Counted from the first letter of the stretch, positions 8,855-19,518 are shown. The stretch is DNA of 64,000 nucleotides from an uncultured delta proteobacterium (GCA_963733195.1 CAVTCR010000073.1:64001-128000); one strand, 5' to 3'. Made by a program: numbers and translations. Notes: generated by a model not told the origin, from the letters alone.

Positions 8855-11293
8855 ATGTACGGACTCGAAGGAGTGAAAGTCCTTGAGCTGGGCACGATGG
8901 TGTCAGCTGCATACGCGACCAAACTGATGGCCGATCTTGGCGCGGATGTGATCAAAGTCGAAGAACCGAACGGTGATCCGGCGCGTTTGCGTGGCCCGTT
9001 TCCTGGCGGAGTGGTCGATCCGGAGAAAAGTGGACTCTTTCTCTATCTCAACACCAACAAACGCGGAGTGACCCTTGATCTGAACCGCCAACATGAAGAA
9101 CTCCTCCGCCTGGTCGCGTGGGCTGATCTTCTGGTTCACAACTATTCTCCTAGCGATATGGCGACGCGAGGCATCGCCTACGATACTTTTTGTGAGATCA
9201 ACTCACGACTGGTGATGTGCTCGATCACACCCTTTGGGTTGACAGGGCCGCATAAGGACTACAAAGCGCACGACCTGACACTTTCGCATGCTGGTGGTTG
9301 GGCGTGGTTGAGTCCGGGCGCTCTAGAACGCGCGGATCTTCCGCCGCTTAAAGCATTTGGCCAGCAATGTGACTTTCAAGGAGGGCTCGCTGCCGCCACC
9401 GCTGCTCTTGCCGCGTACACCCGGGCATTGGACACAGGGACTGGGGAGCATATTGATCTCTCCGTTCAAGCCTTCATTGCCTCATTCCTTGAGCAAGCCT
9501 TCGTCTACTATAGCTACCTCGGTCGTATCGCCTCACGCTTAGGGCAACGGTACATGTATCCGTGGGGCATGTATGAGTGCCAGGATGGTCTCATCTTTAT
9601 TGTGATCCCAGAAGAGGACCAGTGGGAACGCCTCGTGGAATTCATGGGCAACCCGGAGTGGACCAGGTGGGAGATTTTTGCCGATCGGACCGGCCGCATC
9701 AAGAATCAGGATGCGCTCAAAATTTACGTAGAAGAATGGACCCGACAATGGAAGGTCGAGGATCTATTTCATGCCGGTCAGACGCGGCGGCTCTGTTTTG
9801 CCCCGGTGTTGACGATGGCAGGACTGGCGCGACAAGAACAGTTGCGCGCCCGTAATTTCTTTGTCGAGGTATTCCATCCCCGTGCTGGAAAATTGGTACA
9901 TTTGGGCCCACCCTACCAGTTGCAGGACCCGTGGTGGCAGATGCGCCGACCCGCGCCCTTGCTCGGAGAACACAATGAAGAAGTCAGGGCAAGTCTCGGG
10001 CAAGTCGAAACAAGTCGCGGGCGAGTCAAGGTAGAGCCTGCTGAGGGACTTCAGACGCTGGACGCCAGACGCCGGACTTCTCCGTTTCCGCTAGACGGCA
10101 TTCGCGTCGCAGATTTTTCCTGGGTCTGGGCAGGGCCGTATTGCGCGATGCATCTGGCCTACCTCGGCGCTGAGGTCATTAAAATCGAATCGCGGGCGCA
10201 TCTCGATCTGATGCGACGGTTGCCGATTGCTCCGCGAGGTATAAAGCCTGGGATTGATAGTTCTGGCCCTTTCAACCAGTGGAACCAGGGCAAGAAGAGC
10301 ATGCAGCTGAATCTGAGTAAAGCTGAAGGCATAGCGCTGGCCAAAGAACTTATTCAGCAGTGTGATGTGGTCATTGAAAACTTTGCCACCGGTGTGATGG
10401 ACACCTTGGGGCTAGGCTACGAGGAACTCAAGAAGCTTAAGCCTGATCTGATTATGGTCTCGATCTCTGGCTACGGGCATACCGGTCCACTCAAAGACTA
10501 CATGGGGTACGGTCCAGCGATACCGCCACTAACCGGGTTGTCGGCGTTAACGGGCTATCAGGGCGACTCACCACGAGAAATTGGTGTGTCCATCGGCGAT
10601 CCCAATGCCGGTATATCTGCCGCAGGAGCCGTCTGCGCGGCCCTTGCGGCTCGTAAGCGGACAGGACGAGGGCAATACATCGACGTGTCGCTCTGGAGTG
10701 CAGCGGCTGTTTTGGCGGCAGAAGGCTGGATGGAATATGCCATGAACGGCGGCGAACCGCCGCGTCAGGGAAACCGCGATACCGTGATGGCGCCACATAA
10801 TTGTTTTCGTTGTCTCGGGGAGGATACGTGGGTGACGATTGCCTGCGGCACCGAAGAAGAATGGCAGGCGCTGTGTCGCGCGATGGGCTACAGGCACTTG
10901 ATAGAGGACCCACGTTTCCGCACTGCACGTGATCGCAAAGCGCACGAAGACGAATTGGAACAGTTGATCACGGTCTGGACAGAACAGCATGACCGCTGGG
11001 AGATCACACGTATATTACAGGCTGTTGGCGTTGCCGCGTTTCCCTCGATGAGTAGCAAGGATCTCGCGGAAGATGTGCAATTGAACGCACGCGGTTTTTT
11101 TGCGCGACTCCCGCATCCGGAAGTTGGGGCACAGACGCACACAGGGATTCCGTGGATACTGACCAACGCACCCAATGGCGTAAGATCCGCTGCTCCCTTG
11201 CTCGGGCAACATACGGACGAAGTGCTAAGCAATATATTGGGCTATACAAATGAGGACATCGCACAGCTGAGGGAACAGCAGGTGTTGTATTAG
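8855..11293 (+). CDS. Class III CoA-transferase (CaiB/BaiF), double-domain fusion
   Basis: Two repeats of the LEGVKVLEL...ADLGADVIKVE / LDGIRVADF...LGAEVIKIE and APLLGEH/APLLGQH motifs. Confidence 0.92.
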   Translation: MYGLEGVKVLELGTMVSAAYATKLMADLGADVIKVEEPNGDPARLRGPFPGGVVDPEKSGLFLYLNTNKRGVTLDLNRQHEELLRLVAWADLLVHNYSPSDMATRGIAYDTFCEINSRLVMCSITPFGLTGPHKDYKAHDLTLSHAGGWAWLSPGALERADLPPLKAFGQQCDFQGGLAAATAALAAYTRALDTGTGEHIDLSVQAFIASFLEQAFVYYSYLGRIASRLGQRYMYPWGMYECQDGLIFIVIPEEDQWERLVEFMGNPEWTRWEIFADRTGRIKNQDALKIYVEEWTRQWKVEDLFHAGQTRRLCFAPVLTMAGLARQEQLRARNFFVEVFHPRAGKLVHLGPPYQLQDPWWQMRRPAPLLGEHNEEVRASLGQVETSRGRVKVEPAEGLQTLDARRRTSPFPLDGIRVADFSWVWAGPYCAMHLAYLGAEVIKIESRAHLDLMRRLPIAPRGIKPGIDSSGPFNQWNQGKKSMQLNLSKAEGIALAKELIQQCDVVIENFATGVMDTLGLGYEELKKLKPDLIMVSISGYGHTGPLKDYMGYGPAIPPLTGLSALTGYQGDSPREIGVSIGDPNAGISAAGAVCAALAARKRTGRGQYIDVSLWSAAAVLAAEGWMEYAMNGGEPPRQGNRDTVMAPHNCFRCLGEDTWVTIACGTEEEWQALCRAMGYRHLIEDPRFRTARDRKAHEDELEQLITVWTEQHDRWEITRILQAVGVAAFPSMSSKDLAEDVQLNARGFFARLPHPEVGAQTHTGIPWILTNAPNGVRSAAPLLGQHTDEVLSNILGYTNEDIAQLREQQVLY

Positions 11294-11344
11294 AGTAGGT
11301 TTCGATTGCCTGAGTTTTAATCGGCATGCTGCGCACGCCCTACA

Positions 11345-12169
11345 TCATTTCCGTTTCGCCCAGCGTGGCGGGCGTTTCTCCAAAAAGGCGGACACTCCTT
11401 CAACAAAATCCGGCTCGGTCGCCATCCGTTCCAGTTGTTCTGTCGCATGAGTGACAGCGGCACGGACATCGCGATGCAAATCCGAATAAATCTGCCGTTT
11501 CGTCTCTCGCAGTGATCCTGGCGACACGGTCGTGATCAACTTGCGGACATAATTGTAGGTGTAGGGCATCAACTCGTCCGGCGGGAGGACGGCGTTGACC
11601 AATCCCATCGTCAACGCTTCTTCTGCGAGAACCACACGACTTGTTAGTAGGAGATCGTTGGCACGCGTCAAGCCGATCATCCTCGGCAGTATCCACGACA
11701 AACCGTATTCAGCAGGAAGGTTCAGTTTTCCATGGGAGGTCGTTAGTTTTGCTCCAGCCGCGGCAAAACGCAGGTCAGCATAACAGGCGAGAATCAGTCC
11801 GCCGCCAGCCGCAGCGCCGTTGATTGCGGCAATCACCGGTTTCGTCAATCCAAAGTGATATGCGTAATCGGCATCAAACTCAGGTCGCACGCCGTAGCCA
11901 GGTTTCGCGAGTTCATCGGGCGTTCCCGGATCATAACGACCTTTGGCAATATGTCCTTCCAGCGCTCGCGAATCCGCACCTGCACAGAATGCTCGCCCCG
12001 CGCCGGTAATCACAATTGCACGTACTTCCGGATCACGTTCCGCCTCGGCAAGGAGCCAGCGGTACTCCGTGTGCATTCTGCCCGTCCATGCGTTCATCCG
12101 TTGTGGGCGGTTGAGGGTAATGGTGGCGATTTCGTCTGCGACAGCGTATTGCGTGACTTTGAGTTCCAT
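11345..12169 (-). CDS. Enoyl-CoA hydratase/isomerase family protein
   Basis: ITLNRPQRMNA, GRAFCAGAD, KPVIAAINGAAAGGG, AFLEKRPPRW. Confidence 0.9.
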   Translation of the reverse strand: MELKVTQYAVADEIATITLNRPQRMNAWTGRMHTEYRWLLAEAERDPEVRAIVITGAGRAFCAGADSRALEGHIAKGRYDPGTPDELAKPGYGVRPEFDADYAYHFGLTKPVIAAINGAAAGGGLILACYADLRFAAAGAKLTTSHGKLNLPAEYGLSWILPRMIGLTRANDLLLTSRVVLAEEALTMGLVNAVLPPDELMPYTYNYVRKLITTVSPGSLRETKRQIYSDLHRDVRAAVTHATEQLERMATEPDFVEGVSAFLEKRPPRWAKRK

Positions 12170-12329
12170 AGGGCTTGGATGCTATGCCCGTGGCGTGACG
12201 AGAGCAAGATCGTGTGGATGACGCGAAGTGGATGTGTGCGCGGGCATGGCGAGCAAGAGATTCTGATACACTGTGCTCTTGATAGTTACGGCAGGAACGT
12301 AAAGCTTTTTCTTGTGAGGAGGGAGCGGT

Positions 12330-13880
12330 ATGGCCTTCGTGAACGGTAATGAACAGGCGCTTCTGCAAGCGGTGTCCAAACTCGGGTACTGCAACCCGTT
12401 TCTCCCTGAGCGAATTAGCTACGAACGTGAAGTATTGGGTGCAGATTTTGTCGAAGGAGAAGCGGTGTGGAGTCTACGCGTGGATGATCCGAGTGCGCCG
12501 CGCGCGAACAATACCGCTATTGCTGAACGTGTTGCTGGGCTAGTGGAGAAGCTTCGTGAGCGTCTGAGTAGCGGCACCCACGCAATAGCGAAGGACCTCG
12601 AGTTGTATGAAGACGCGGTGCTGTTTCTCCTCTTTCATCGTACTCAAGTGCATTTCTATTCGCTCATCATGCAGAGCCAGCAGCAGCGGCCAGTCACGAA
12701 GCGCTTGGGATTCTACAATGAGTTCCTCCACGACTGGGAACACTTCTTTACTATTCCGACCGTAACCTTGCCGGTGGTGTACGATGCGCCCCATTCCTTT
12801 GCCTGTTTCTTCCAGGTACGACGTGCATTTCACCATATCATCGAATCGATCATAGGAAGTTCGCTGGCTGCTGCCCGTTTACGCGCTGCTGTGTGGCAGT
12901 CGATTTTCACCCACGATATGCGGCGATATCGACGCACGCTTTTCGATCGCATGGGTGATTTCACCACACTTATTCGCGGACCTTCGGGAACAGGGAAGGA
13001 GCTTGTGGCACGAGCGATTGGGTTATCACGGTACGTGCCCTTCGATCCCAAGACCCTGTCCTTTACTGAGGATTACCACGGTTCGTTCTATGCGATTAAT
13101 CTTTCTGCGCTGCCCGCGACGCTGATCGAGTCCGAACTGTTTGGCCATCGTCGTGGGGCGTTCACCGGTGCGTTACAGGATCGTAAAGGCTGGCTTGAGG
13201 TGTGTCCTGCTCTAGGGACAGTTTTTCTCGATGAGATTGGCGACCTGGAAACCACGATTCAGGTCAAATTGCTACGGGTGCTGCAAACCCGCATTTTCCA
13301 GCCTTTAGGCGATACGAACGACCGTCATTTTCGCGGGAAGCTGATTGCAGCGACCAATCGTGATCTTCTGACAGCAATTCAAGCGCGACATTTTCGTGAG
13401 GATTTCTACTATCGTCTTTGCTCTGATTTGGTGACGACACCGTCTTTGCATGAACAATTACGAGAATCACCCGCAGTGTTACGCGAATTACTGCTCTTTA
13501 TTTCCCGTCGTATCGCCGGAGATGAGGGTGACGTGTTAGCGCAGGAGGTTGAGGCGTGGATCGTTCAACATCTTGGGCGAGAGTATCCGTGGCCTGGCAA
13601 TATTCGCGAACTCGAACAATGCGCGCGTAACGTTTTGGTGCGCAAAGAGTATCTGCCAGCACCAGTGCAGAAACAGACGCCGACAAATGAACTTGTCGAC
13701 GCCTTCAATGCTGGGGCGCTGACGGCAGACGAGGTCATCCGTCGGTACAGTACGATTGTATATGCTCAGACTGGGAGTTATGAAGAGACGGCTCGCCGTT
13801 TGCATCTCGATCGGCGTACAGTGAAGAGTAAGATTGACTTCGAACAACTCGAACAGCTTCGAACCGCGAAAAAGTCGTGA
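12330..13880 (+). CDS. Sigma-54-dependent transcriptional activator (bEBP) with an unrecognised ~170-aa N-terminal domain
   Basis: Walker A GPSGTGKE, ESELFGHRRGAFTGA, FLDEIG, FREDFYYRL, WPGNIREL, C-terminal Fis-like HTH (ETARRLHLDRRTV). Confidence 0.92.
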   Translation: MAFVNGNEQALLQAVSKLGYCNPFLPERISYEREVLGADFVEGEAVWSLRVDDPSAPRANNTAIAERVAGLVEKLRERLSSGTHAIAKDLELYEDAVLFLLFHRTQVHFYSLIMQSQQQRPVTKRLGFYNEFLHDWEHFFTIPTVTLPVVYDAPHSFACFFQVRRAFHHIIESIIGSSLAAARLRAAVWQSIFTHDMRRYRRTLFDRMGDFTTLIRGPSGTGKELVARAIGLSRYVPFDPKTLSFTEDYHGSFYAINLSALPATLIESELFGHRRGAFTGALQDRKGWLEVCPALGTVFLDEIGDLETTIQVKLLRVLQTRIFQPLGDTNDRHFRGKLIAATNRDLLTAIQARHFREDFYYRLCSDLVTTPSLHEQLRESPAVLRELLLFISRRIAGDEGDVLAQEVEAWIVQHLGREYPWPGNIRELEQCARNVLVRKEYLPAPVQKQTPTNELVDAFNAGALTADEVIRRYSTIVYAQTGSYEETARRLHLDRRTVKSKIDFEQLEQLRTAKKS

Positions 13881-14057
13881 GGCACGGCTGATATGCCTCT
13901 CTGAGGTGCCACGTTGACTGGGACCGGTACACAGTGGGCATGAGCTAAATCAGACCACATAACATTGGCACACTAATAGTATTTGTCCAGCCTGTAAAAA
14001 AATGGTTTGAACCGCCGATAGCAGAGCTGAAGTATTCTGCATCGAGAGGTTCGCCGC

Positions 14058-15008
14058 ATGCTCTTGTATAAACCGGTCCGGCGATTCCGTTGTGATGTTG
14101 ATTCGCAGGAACTCTTTCGCCTGTTTCTTGTCAATGTGCTGTACAATATTCTCACGCTCGGTGTGTATCGCTTTTGGGGTAAAACACGTGTGCGTCACTA
14201 CGTATGGAGTCAAGCAAGTTTTGATGGTGAACGCTTCGAGTATACCGGCCAGGGGAAGGAACTTTTTCGTGGCTTTCTTCGTGCACTCACAGTGACTGGT
14301 GGGCTGATCGCAATAGCTCAACTCACCGCTTACTCTCTTGCTGTCGTTGATCCTTACCTCGAACGTATCGTGCGAATTGTCTTCACGTACATCATGTACA
14401 TCCTTATAGGAGTTGGGATGTATAGTGCTCGTCACTATCTTCTTAGTCGCACGCGGTGGCGTAGCATACGTTTCGCTCAGACTGGTTCGGCTATGACCTA
14501 TGCAAAAATTTGGGTAAGCACCCAAGGGCTTACCATTCTCACTCTGGGGCTTTACACGCCATTCATGCGTCATCACCTCTTTAGCTATATCCTCAATAAC
14601 GCGTGGTTTGGCAGCGAGCAGGTTAGCTACGATGGGAACGGAAGGGATCTGTTTGCCTATTTCTTGAAACCGTACCTCTTGCTGATCCCGACATTCGGTC
14701 TGAGTTGGTTTTGGTACCAAGCGGCGGAGTATCGTTATATTGCTGAGCACACCCAATTACAAAGCGTGCGGTTTCGTACGACCATTTCAGGCGGAGAATT
14801 ACTGCGACTCACTATAGGGAACTGGCTGTTACTCATCGCGACGTTAGGATTGGCATACCCACTCACTGTCGTACGTTCTGCCAAGGTGTTTTCCACTCAT
14901 ACGCGGTTGAATGGAGATTTCGATTATACACGGATAACCCAGCACGACCAGGAAGTCCCAACAACCGGAGAAGGACTCGTGGGGGTCTTCGGGATGAGCA
15001 GTATCTAA
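14058..15008 (+). CDS. YjgN/DUF898 family inner membrane protein
   Basis: ILTLGVYRFWGKTRVRHY, FEYTGQGKELF, TLGLYTPF and TLGLAYP repeats. Confidence 0.85.
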   Translation: MLLYKPVRRFRCDVDSQELFRLFLVNVLYNILTLGVYRFWGKTRVRHYVWSQASFDGERFEYTGQGKELFRGFLRALTVTGGLIAIAQLTAYSLAVVDPYLERIVRIVFTYIMYILIGVGMYSARHYLLSRTRWRSIRFAQTGSAMTYAKIWVSTQGLTILTLGLYTPFMRHHLFSYILNNAWFGSEQVSYDGNGRDLFAYFLKPYLLLIPTFGLSWFWYQAAEYRYIAEHTQLQSVRFRTTISGGELLRLTIGNWLLLIATLGLAYPLTVVRSAKVFSTHTRLNGDFDYTRITQHDQEVPTTGEGLVGVFGMSSI

Positions 15009-15014
15009 GTCATT

Positions 15015-16133
15015 ATGATTTTTGTTTGTTTTCTCACCGATGGGCACACTGCCGAGCGTCGCTCCATTCGCATTGCTCTTGGATCCCATCACCTGCGACT
15101 CTTTGACGAACAAGGCACGCTCATCGACGAGTGGTCATATGCCGGGCTGCGATTCGTTGACATCTTGTACTGTGGACAGTCGGTACGACTCTCTCACGGT
15201 GATCGAAGTGCAGCCTGTCTGACCGTAGAGGATCAACGTTTCCTCCCACTCTTTGCGGCTGCTGTTCCTCGTCTTTGTAGAAGACGGCGAATGCAACGCA
15301 GCACAACCACGCGCTTGCTGTGCTGGGGAATGGCAGTGATCGTTACTATCCTTGGCTTGCTTTGGGGGATGCCTCGCCTCGCCGATCCGGTCGCACGTGG
15401 GGTGCCGATGAAATGGGAAGAAGCACTAGGGCGGCATATTACCGAGAACTTTGTGCGACACGCTCCGGTGTGTAACGGTATGACTGGACACGCTGCCCTT
15501 CAGGCTCTGACTGAACGGCTAGTGACTCCTGCGCTGGCACAAGTTCCCTTCAAGTTTGAGGTGCGCAAAGCTCAAGTGGTCAACGCCTTCGCGCTTCCTG
15601 GCGGGCATATTGTGGTGTTTGATGGGTTAGTACGTGCTGCACGATCGCCCGAAGAAGTAGCTGGGGTGCTAGCGCACGAAATGGCGCACCAAATCCAGCA
15701 TCATCCGATGCGGAGTTTAGTCCGCTCTCTGGGATTACGACTGATCAGTGGTGCGGTGATAGGTGGGTTCTCGGTGACTGCTGCTTCTGGAGCACGCTTT
15801 GGAGAGACGCTGTTTAGTCTGTCATATAATCGCGAGGATGAAACCGAAGCTGATCGTATCGGGGTCGCGATGCTGAACAACGCTAATATACGCGGTGACG
15901 GGCTCATCGATTTCTTTACTCGCTATCAAACTGGGGGTGAGACGAAAGTCTTTCGTTCGAAAGGGGAGTCTTCAACCCAGGAACACCTGATGTCGTTTCT
16001 TTCGACCCATCCTCCTGGCCAGGAGCGTATTGCGACCATCCGTTCGCTAGTACGTGGCAAACAAGACGCTCTGACGAAAGAACAATGGAAAGCGTTACAG
16101 GCGATCTGCGAAGAAACTCCAATTAAGAATTAA
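15015..16133 (+). CDS. M48 family zinc metalloprotease
   Basis: NAFALPGG, HEMAH, YNREDETEAD, FLSTHP; 6 bp downstream of DUF898, a familiar pairing. Confidence 0.88.
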   Translation: MIFVCFLTDGHTAERRSIRIALGSHHLRLFDEQGTLIDEWSYAGLRFVDILYCGQSVRLSHGDRSAACLTVEDQRFLPLFAAAVPRLCRRRRMQRSTTTRLLCWGMAVIVTILGLLWGMPRLADPVARGVPMKWEEALGRHITENFVRHAPVCNGMTGHAALQALTERLVTPALAQVPFKFEVRKAQVVNAFALPGGHIVVFDGLVRAARSPEEVAGVLAHEMAHQIQHHPMRSLVRSLGLRLISGAVIGGFSVTAASGARFGETLFSLSYNREDETEADRIGVAMLNNANIRGDGLIDFFTRYQTGGETKVFRSKGESSTQEHLMSFLSTHPPGQERIATIRSLVRGKQDALTKEQWKALQAICEETPIKN

Positions 16134-16212
16134 AAATGGAGAATAAGCAGAATGAAAGAGGTCATGTCGTTTTTTACTCATTCTTCATTTTTAACTCTTA
16201 ATTTTTCATTTC

Positions 16213-16953
16213 CTAAATCAGCCCTCCACCACTCATATTGAGAATTTGCCCGGTGATATACCCCGCATGCTCGCTGGCAAAGTAGGCGCAGGCCTCAGCA
16301 ATCTCGTTTGGTTTCCCAATCCGTCCGAGAGGGATTTGCTTGGTGAAATTGGCAAGTTCTGCTTCAGTCATATTGACGAGAATCGGCGTATCGACCAGAC
16401 CTGGGGCGATGACATTCACCGTGATGCCATAGCGAGCGACTTCTGGGGCGAGCGCCTTGACGAAGCCGTGCGTTCCGGTTTTCGCTGCGGCGATATGGGT
16501 CATATTGGGATAGCCAGTCAGACCTGAGATTGCAGTAATGCAGATAATCCGCCCCCACTTTTGGGCGATCATCGATTCAATGACCGCACGGCAACAGTTG
16601 AACGTCCCTTTGAGGTCAACATCCAGCACCTCATCCCATTCTTCTTCGGTCATCTGCAAAAACATTTGATGATGAAAAACACCGGCATTGCTGACGAGGA
16701 TATCAAGGTGGCCGAACTCTTTTATCGTGCGGTCGACCATCGCCTGCACTTCAGTTGTATGCCCGACGTTGGCACGAATCCCTAAGGCGCGACGGCCTAG
16801 GGTTTCGACTTCGCGAACAACCAAGGCGATTTTTTTCTCATCTCGCCCGTTGATGACTACATCCGCACCTTCGCGAGCGAACAAGACGGCGGTCGCACGA
16901 CCAATACCTGAACTTGAACCGGTGATCAGTGCTGTCTTTCCTTGGAACCGCAT
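16213..16953 (-). CDS. Short-chain dehydrogenase/reductase (FabG-like)
   Basis: TGSSSGIG, SNAG, NVIAPG, IPLGRIG. The canonical YxxxK reads IAAAK, so the catalytic Tyr is absent. Confidence 0.85.
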   Translation of the reverse strand: MRFQGKTALITGSSSGIGRATAVLFAREGADVVINGRDEKKIALVVREVETLGRRALGIRANVGHTTEVQAMVDRTIKEFGHLDILVSNAGVFHHQMFLQMTEEEWDEVLDVDLKGTFNCCRAVIESMIAQKWGRIICITAISGLTGYPNMTHIAAAKTGTHGFVKALAPEVARYGITVNVIAPGLVDTPILVNMTEAELANFTKQIPLGRIGKPNEIAEACAYFASEHAGYITGQILNMSGGGLI

Positions 16954-17062
16954 AGCCCCTCCTTGTTTCACGTCTGGCTCTTGATGAAGAGTGTCCGAGG
17001 TGGTCTGGCGCGAGCATACCTGAAACCATACAAAGGGAAACGGGAAAGAGACGAAAAGGGAA

Positions 17063-17848
17063 ATGGATAAAAGGATAGAGGATAAGGGACATGCGTTTTA
17101 CGCGTTACGTTGTACGTTGAGCACTCTGTTTATGACACTTATAGTGACGCAATCGACCCAGGCCGCAGTTAATCACAGCCCGTGGAATACGCTTCTGCAC
17201 CGTTATGTCGACCAAAACGGACGAGTGGCATATCGCGACCTGCAGAAGCGAGATAGCATGTTGTTTGTAGAGTACCTGAACACACTAGCGCAGGCTCAAG
17301 TTGAAGGTTTGTCTGAAGCTGAAGAAAAGGCCTTCTGGATCAATGCCTACAACGCTATCATCGTGCAGGGCGTCCTCAATGGCTATACGGCTGAGAGCTT
17401 CATCTCGCGCAAACGATTTTTTAGCTGGTATGCGCTGCCGATTGCAGGCAAAGAACGTACGCCCGATGAAATCGAGCATCAGATTCTGCGTAAGAAATTT
17501 CGTGATCCGCGTATTCACTTCGCCATTGTCTGTGCCTCGACCAGCTGTCCGAAGCTGCGGGCAGAAGCCTACGTATCTGCGCGGCTTGATCAGCAGCTCG
17601 ATGATGCAGCCCGTGTATTCGTGAACGATCCAACACGAAATCTCATTGAGCCGGCACAGGTCGTCGTGTCGCAGATCTTTCAGTGGTTTGCCCAGGATTT
17701 TATCGATCAGGCTGGAACAATTCCCACCTTTCTCCTCCGCTTTGTCGACGACGAGAAAAAAGCTATTCTGGCGACCTTTACAAGAGAGTTGCGATACCTT
17801 GAATACAACTGGACGCTTAATGCTCAAGACGGGCAACGGGTGTCATAA
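17063..17848 (+). CDS. DUF547 domain exported protein
   Basis: AFWINAYNA, DPRIHFAIVCASTSCPKL, YLEYNWTLN; signal-like N-terminus. Confidence 0.88.
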   Translation: MDKRIEDKGHAFYALRCTLSTLFMTLIVTQSTQAAVNHSPWNTLLHRYVDQNGRVAYRDLQKRDSMLFVEYLNTLAQAQVEGLSEAEEKAFWINAYNAIIVQGVLNGYTAESFISRKRFFSWYALPIAGKERTPDEIEHQILRKKFRDPRIHFAIVCASTSCPKLRAEAYVSARLDQQLDDAARVFVNDPTRNLIEPAQVVVSQIFQWFAQDFIDQAGTIPTFLLRFVDDEKKAILATFTRELRYLEYNWTLNAQDGQRVS

Positions 17849-17909
17849 AAGAGGAGACGATGACACTATGGAAAAAGGGTCGCATCAAAAAAAGTAATCA
17901 GTAGCCACC

Positions 17910-18197
17910 ATGAAAGCCTTTTTGTCAGACATAAGTACCGCTGAAATCCAACACGAGAAAAACCGCGCCCGTGAACTGCGCCGTTCGGAGTGGTGGAAAC
18001 GCAAACGTGCATCAGGTATCTGCCATTACTGCCAACATCGATTCCCGCCAACAGAACTTACGATGGATCACCTCGTACCGCTTGCGCGGGGTGGGAAGTC
18101 CACCAAAGGCAACATTGTTCCCGCTTGCAAAGAGTGTAACACGAAGAAGAAGTATGCCCTGCCGTGGGAGGAGGAACTCGAGGGGAAGGAGGAATGA
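17910..18197 (+). CDS. Small HNH endonuclease-family protein
   Basis: CHYC...TMDHLVPLARGGKSTKGNIVPACKECNTKK. Confidence 0.85.
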   Translation: MKAFLSDISTAEIQHEKNRARELRRSEWWKRKRASGICHYCQHRFPPTELTMDHLVPLARGGKSTKGNIVPACKECNTKKKYALPWEEELEGKEE

Positions 18198-18393
18198 GTG
18201 CTGAAGACTGAGTAATGAAAGACAGAAGAATGCAGATTTTTCAAAGCAACTATTCGCCGACTGGTTGCTAAGAGGTTTAAATGTCTTAGCCAGCTCGGGA
18301 CGAAATTTATAAGTAGAAAAGTAGACAGGGGGTGTATTCTCTCATATCGGACTTTTAACCCCCCAATCCCTAATTCCCGACCCCCGCTCTCCA

Positions 18394-19518
18394 TTATGCC
18401 GCGGGAAATCCATACAACCGCACACAATTGTCGTGCACCATCTTGCGCGTATCTGTGTCAGGAATCGACGCGAAGTTATGCGCGACTTTCTTACGTGAGA
18501 ATGGCCACACACCTTCAGTGTGTGGATAGTCTGAGCCCCACATGAGGTTCTCGACTCCCATCAGTTCGCGTGTGAGCACTCCGGCCCGATCGTCCTCAAA
18601 GGTAGCGTAGAACTGTCGGTGAAAATAGGTGCTTGGTGTTTCCGGCAGACGTGGGTCCATCCACCCTTTGTGGTCATCCCACCAGTGGTCCATGAACTCT
18701 AGGGTCGCACCGATCCAGCCAATACCGCTTTCGACCAACGCCCATTTGAGTTTGGGGAATCGCACCGGCGCGCCACCCCAAATGATACGCTGCAAGGTGT
18801 CGTTCATCTCGAACTTGACAATACCAATGATGATGCCGCCTGCACCTGGACCATGGGCGCGACCAAATGGGTCACGCCCACCGATATGCATACTGGCGAC
18901 GACACCCATATCTTGCATTGCAGCCCAGAGTGGGTCCCAATCGGGCAGGTTGTATGGCCGATCATCAACCCAGGCTGGCAGCATGACACTGACTAACCCA
19001 AGCTTGGCGCAGCGTTCAGTTTCGGCAACTGCCCACTCAATCGGCCCACGGCACGGCAGCATGCCGACACCTTTGATTCGGTCAGGATACGGTTTGCAAT
19101 ACTCAGCTAACCAGTCGTTATATGTACGGCAGCACGCATAGAGATACTCTGCGTCCGGCGCGCGCACCAGGGTCAAGCCGACGCCAGGATAGATCACCTC
19201 GCCGGAGACGCCGTCTATGTCCTGGTCTTTCAAGCGTTCATGCGGGTCCCATGTCCCAGGGCGGTTATCCGAATAGCGGTAGCCCTTGGGGGAAGGGATC
19301 TCCATACCTTGGGCTTTCAAGTCTTGCATCGGTCCCTCGAACGCCAGTGGGCGAGGGCGGAGACCGTCGATAACAATGTAATCTCCAGTTTCGTCTAGCA
19401 TTTCGATACGTGGGGCTCTGTCGCGCCACTTTTTGTCCATTCGTGTGAGCCATAAATCTGCCGGCTCAACAATATGTGAGTCCGACGATAGCAAACGGCC
19501 CGTGTACTGCTCGGCCAT
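18394..19518 (-). CDS. Amidohydrolase family protein (Amidohydro_2)
   Basis: SDSHIVEP, DQDIDGV, ESGIGW, WGSDYPH. Confidence 0.88.
   Translation of the reverse strand: MAEQYTGRLLSSDSHIVEPADLWLTRMDKKWRDRAPRIEMLDETGDYIVIDGLRPRPLAFEGPMQDLKAQGMEIPSPKGYRYSDNRPGTWDPHERLKDQDIDGVSGEVIYPGVGLTLVRAPDAEYLYACCRTYNDWLAEYCKPYPDRIKGVGMLPCRGPIEWAVAETERCAKLGLVSVMLPAWVDDRPYNLPDWDPLWAAMQDMGVVASMHIGGRDPFGRAHGPGAGGIIIGIVKFEMNDTLQRIIWGGAPVRFPKLKWALVESGIGWIGATLEFMDHWWDDHKGWMDPRLPETPSTYFHRQFYATFEDDRAGVLTRELMGVENLMWGSDYPHTEGVWPFSRKKVAHNFASIPDTDTRKMVHDNCVRLYGFPAA

Noticed and set aside
13966-13980. Sigma-54 promoter upstream of DUF898 (TGGCAC-ACTAA-TAGT)
   Set aside because: The -24 element is good but the -12 element lacks the conserved GC, so it is not supportable.
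13950-14756. 268-aa minus-strand ORF
   Set aside because: It is antisense to the well-supported DUF898 gene and has no motifs.
17910-18197. HNH gene as part of a defence system
   Set aside because: It is a small stand-alone HNH with no methylase, ATPase or other defence neighbours.
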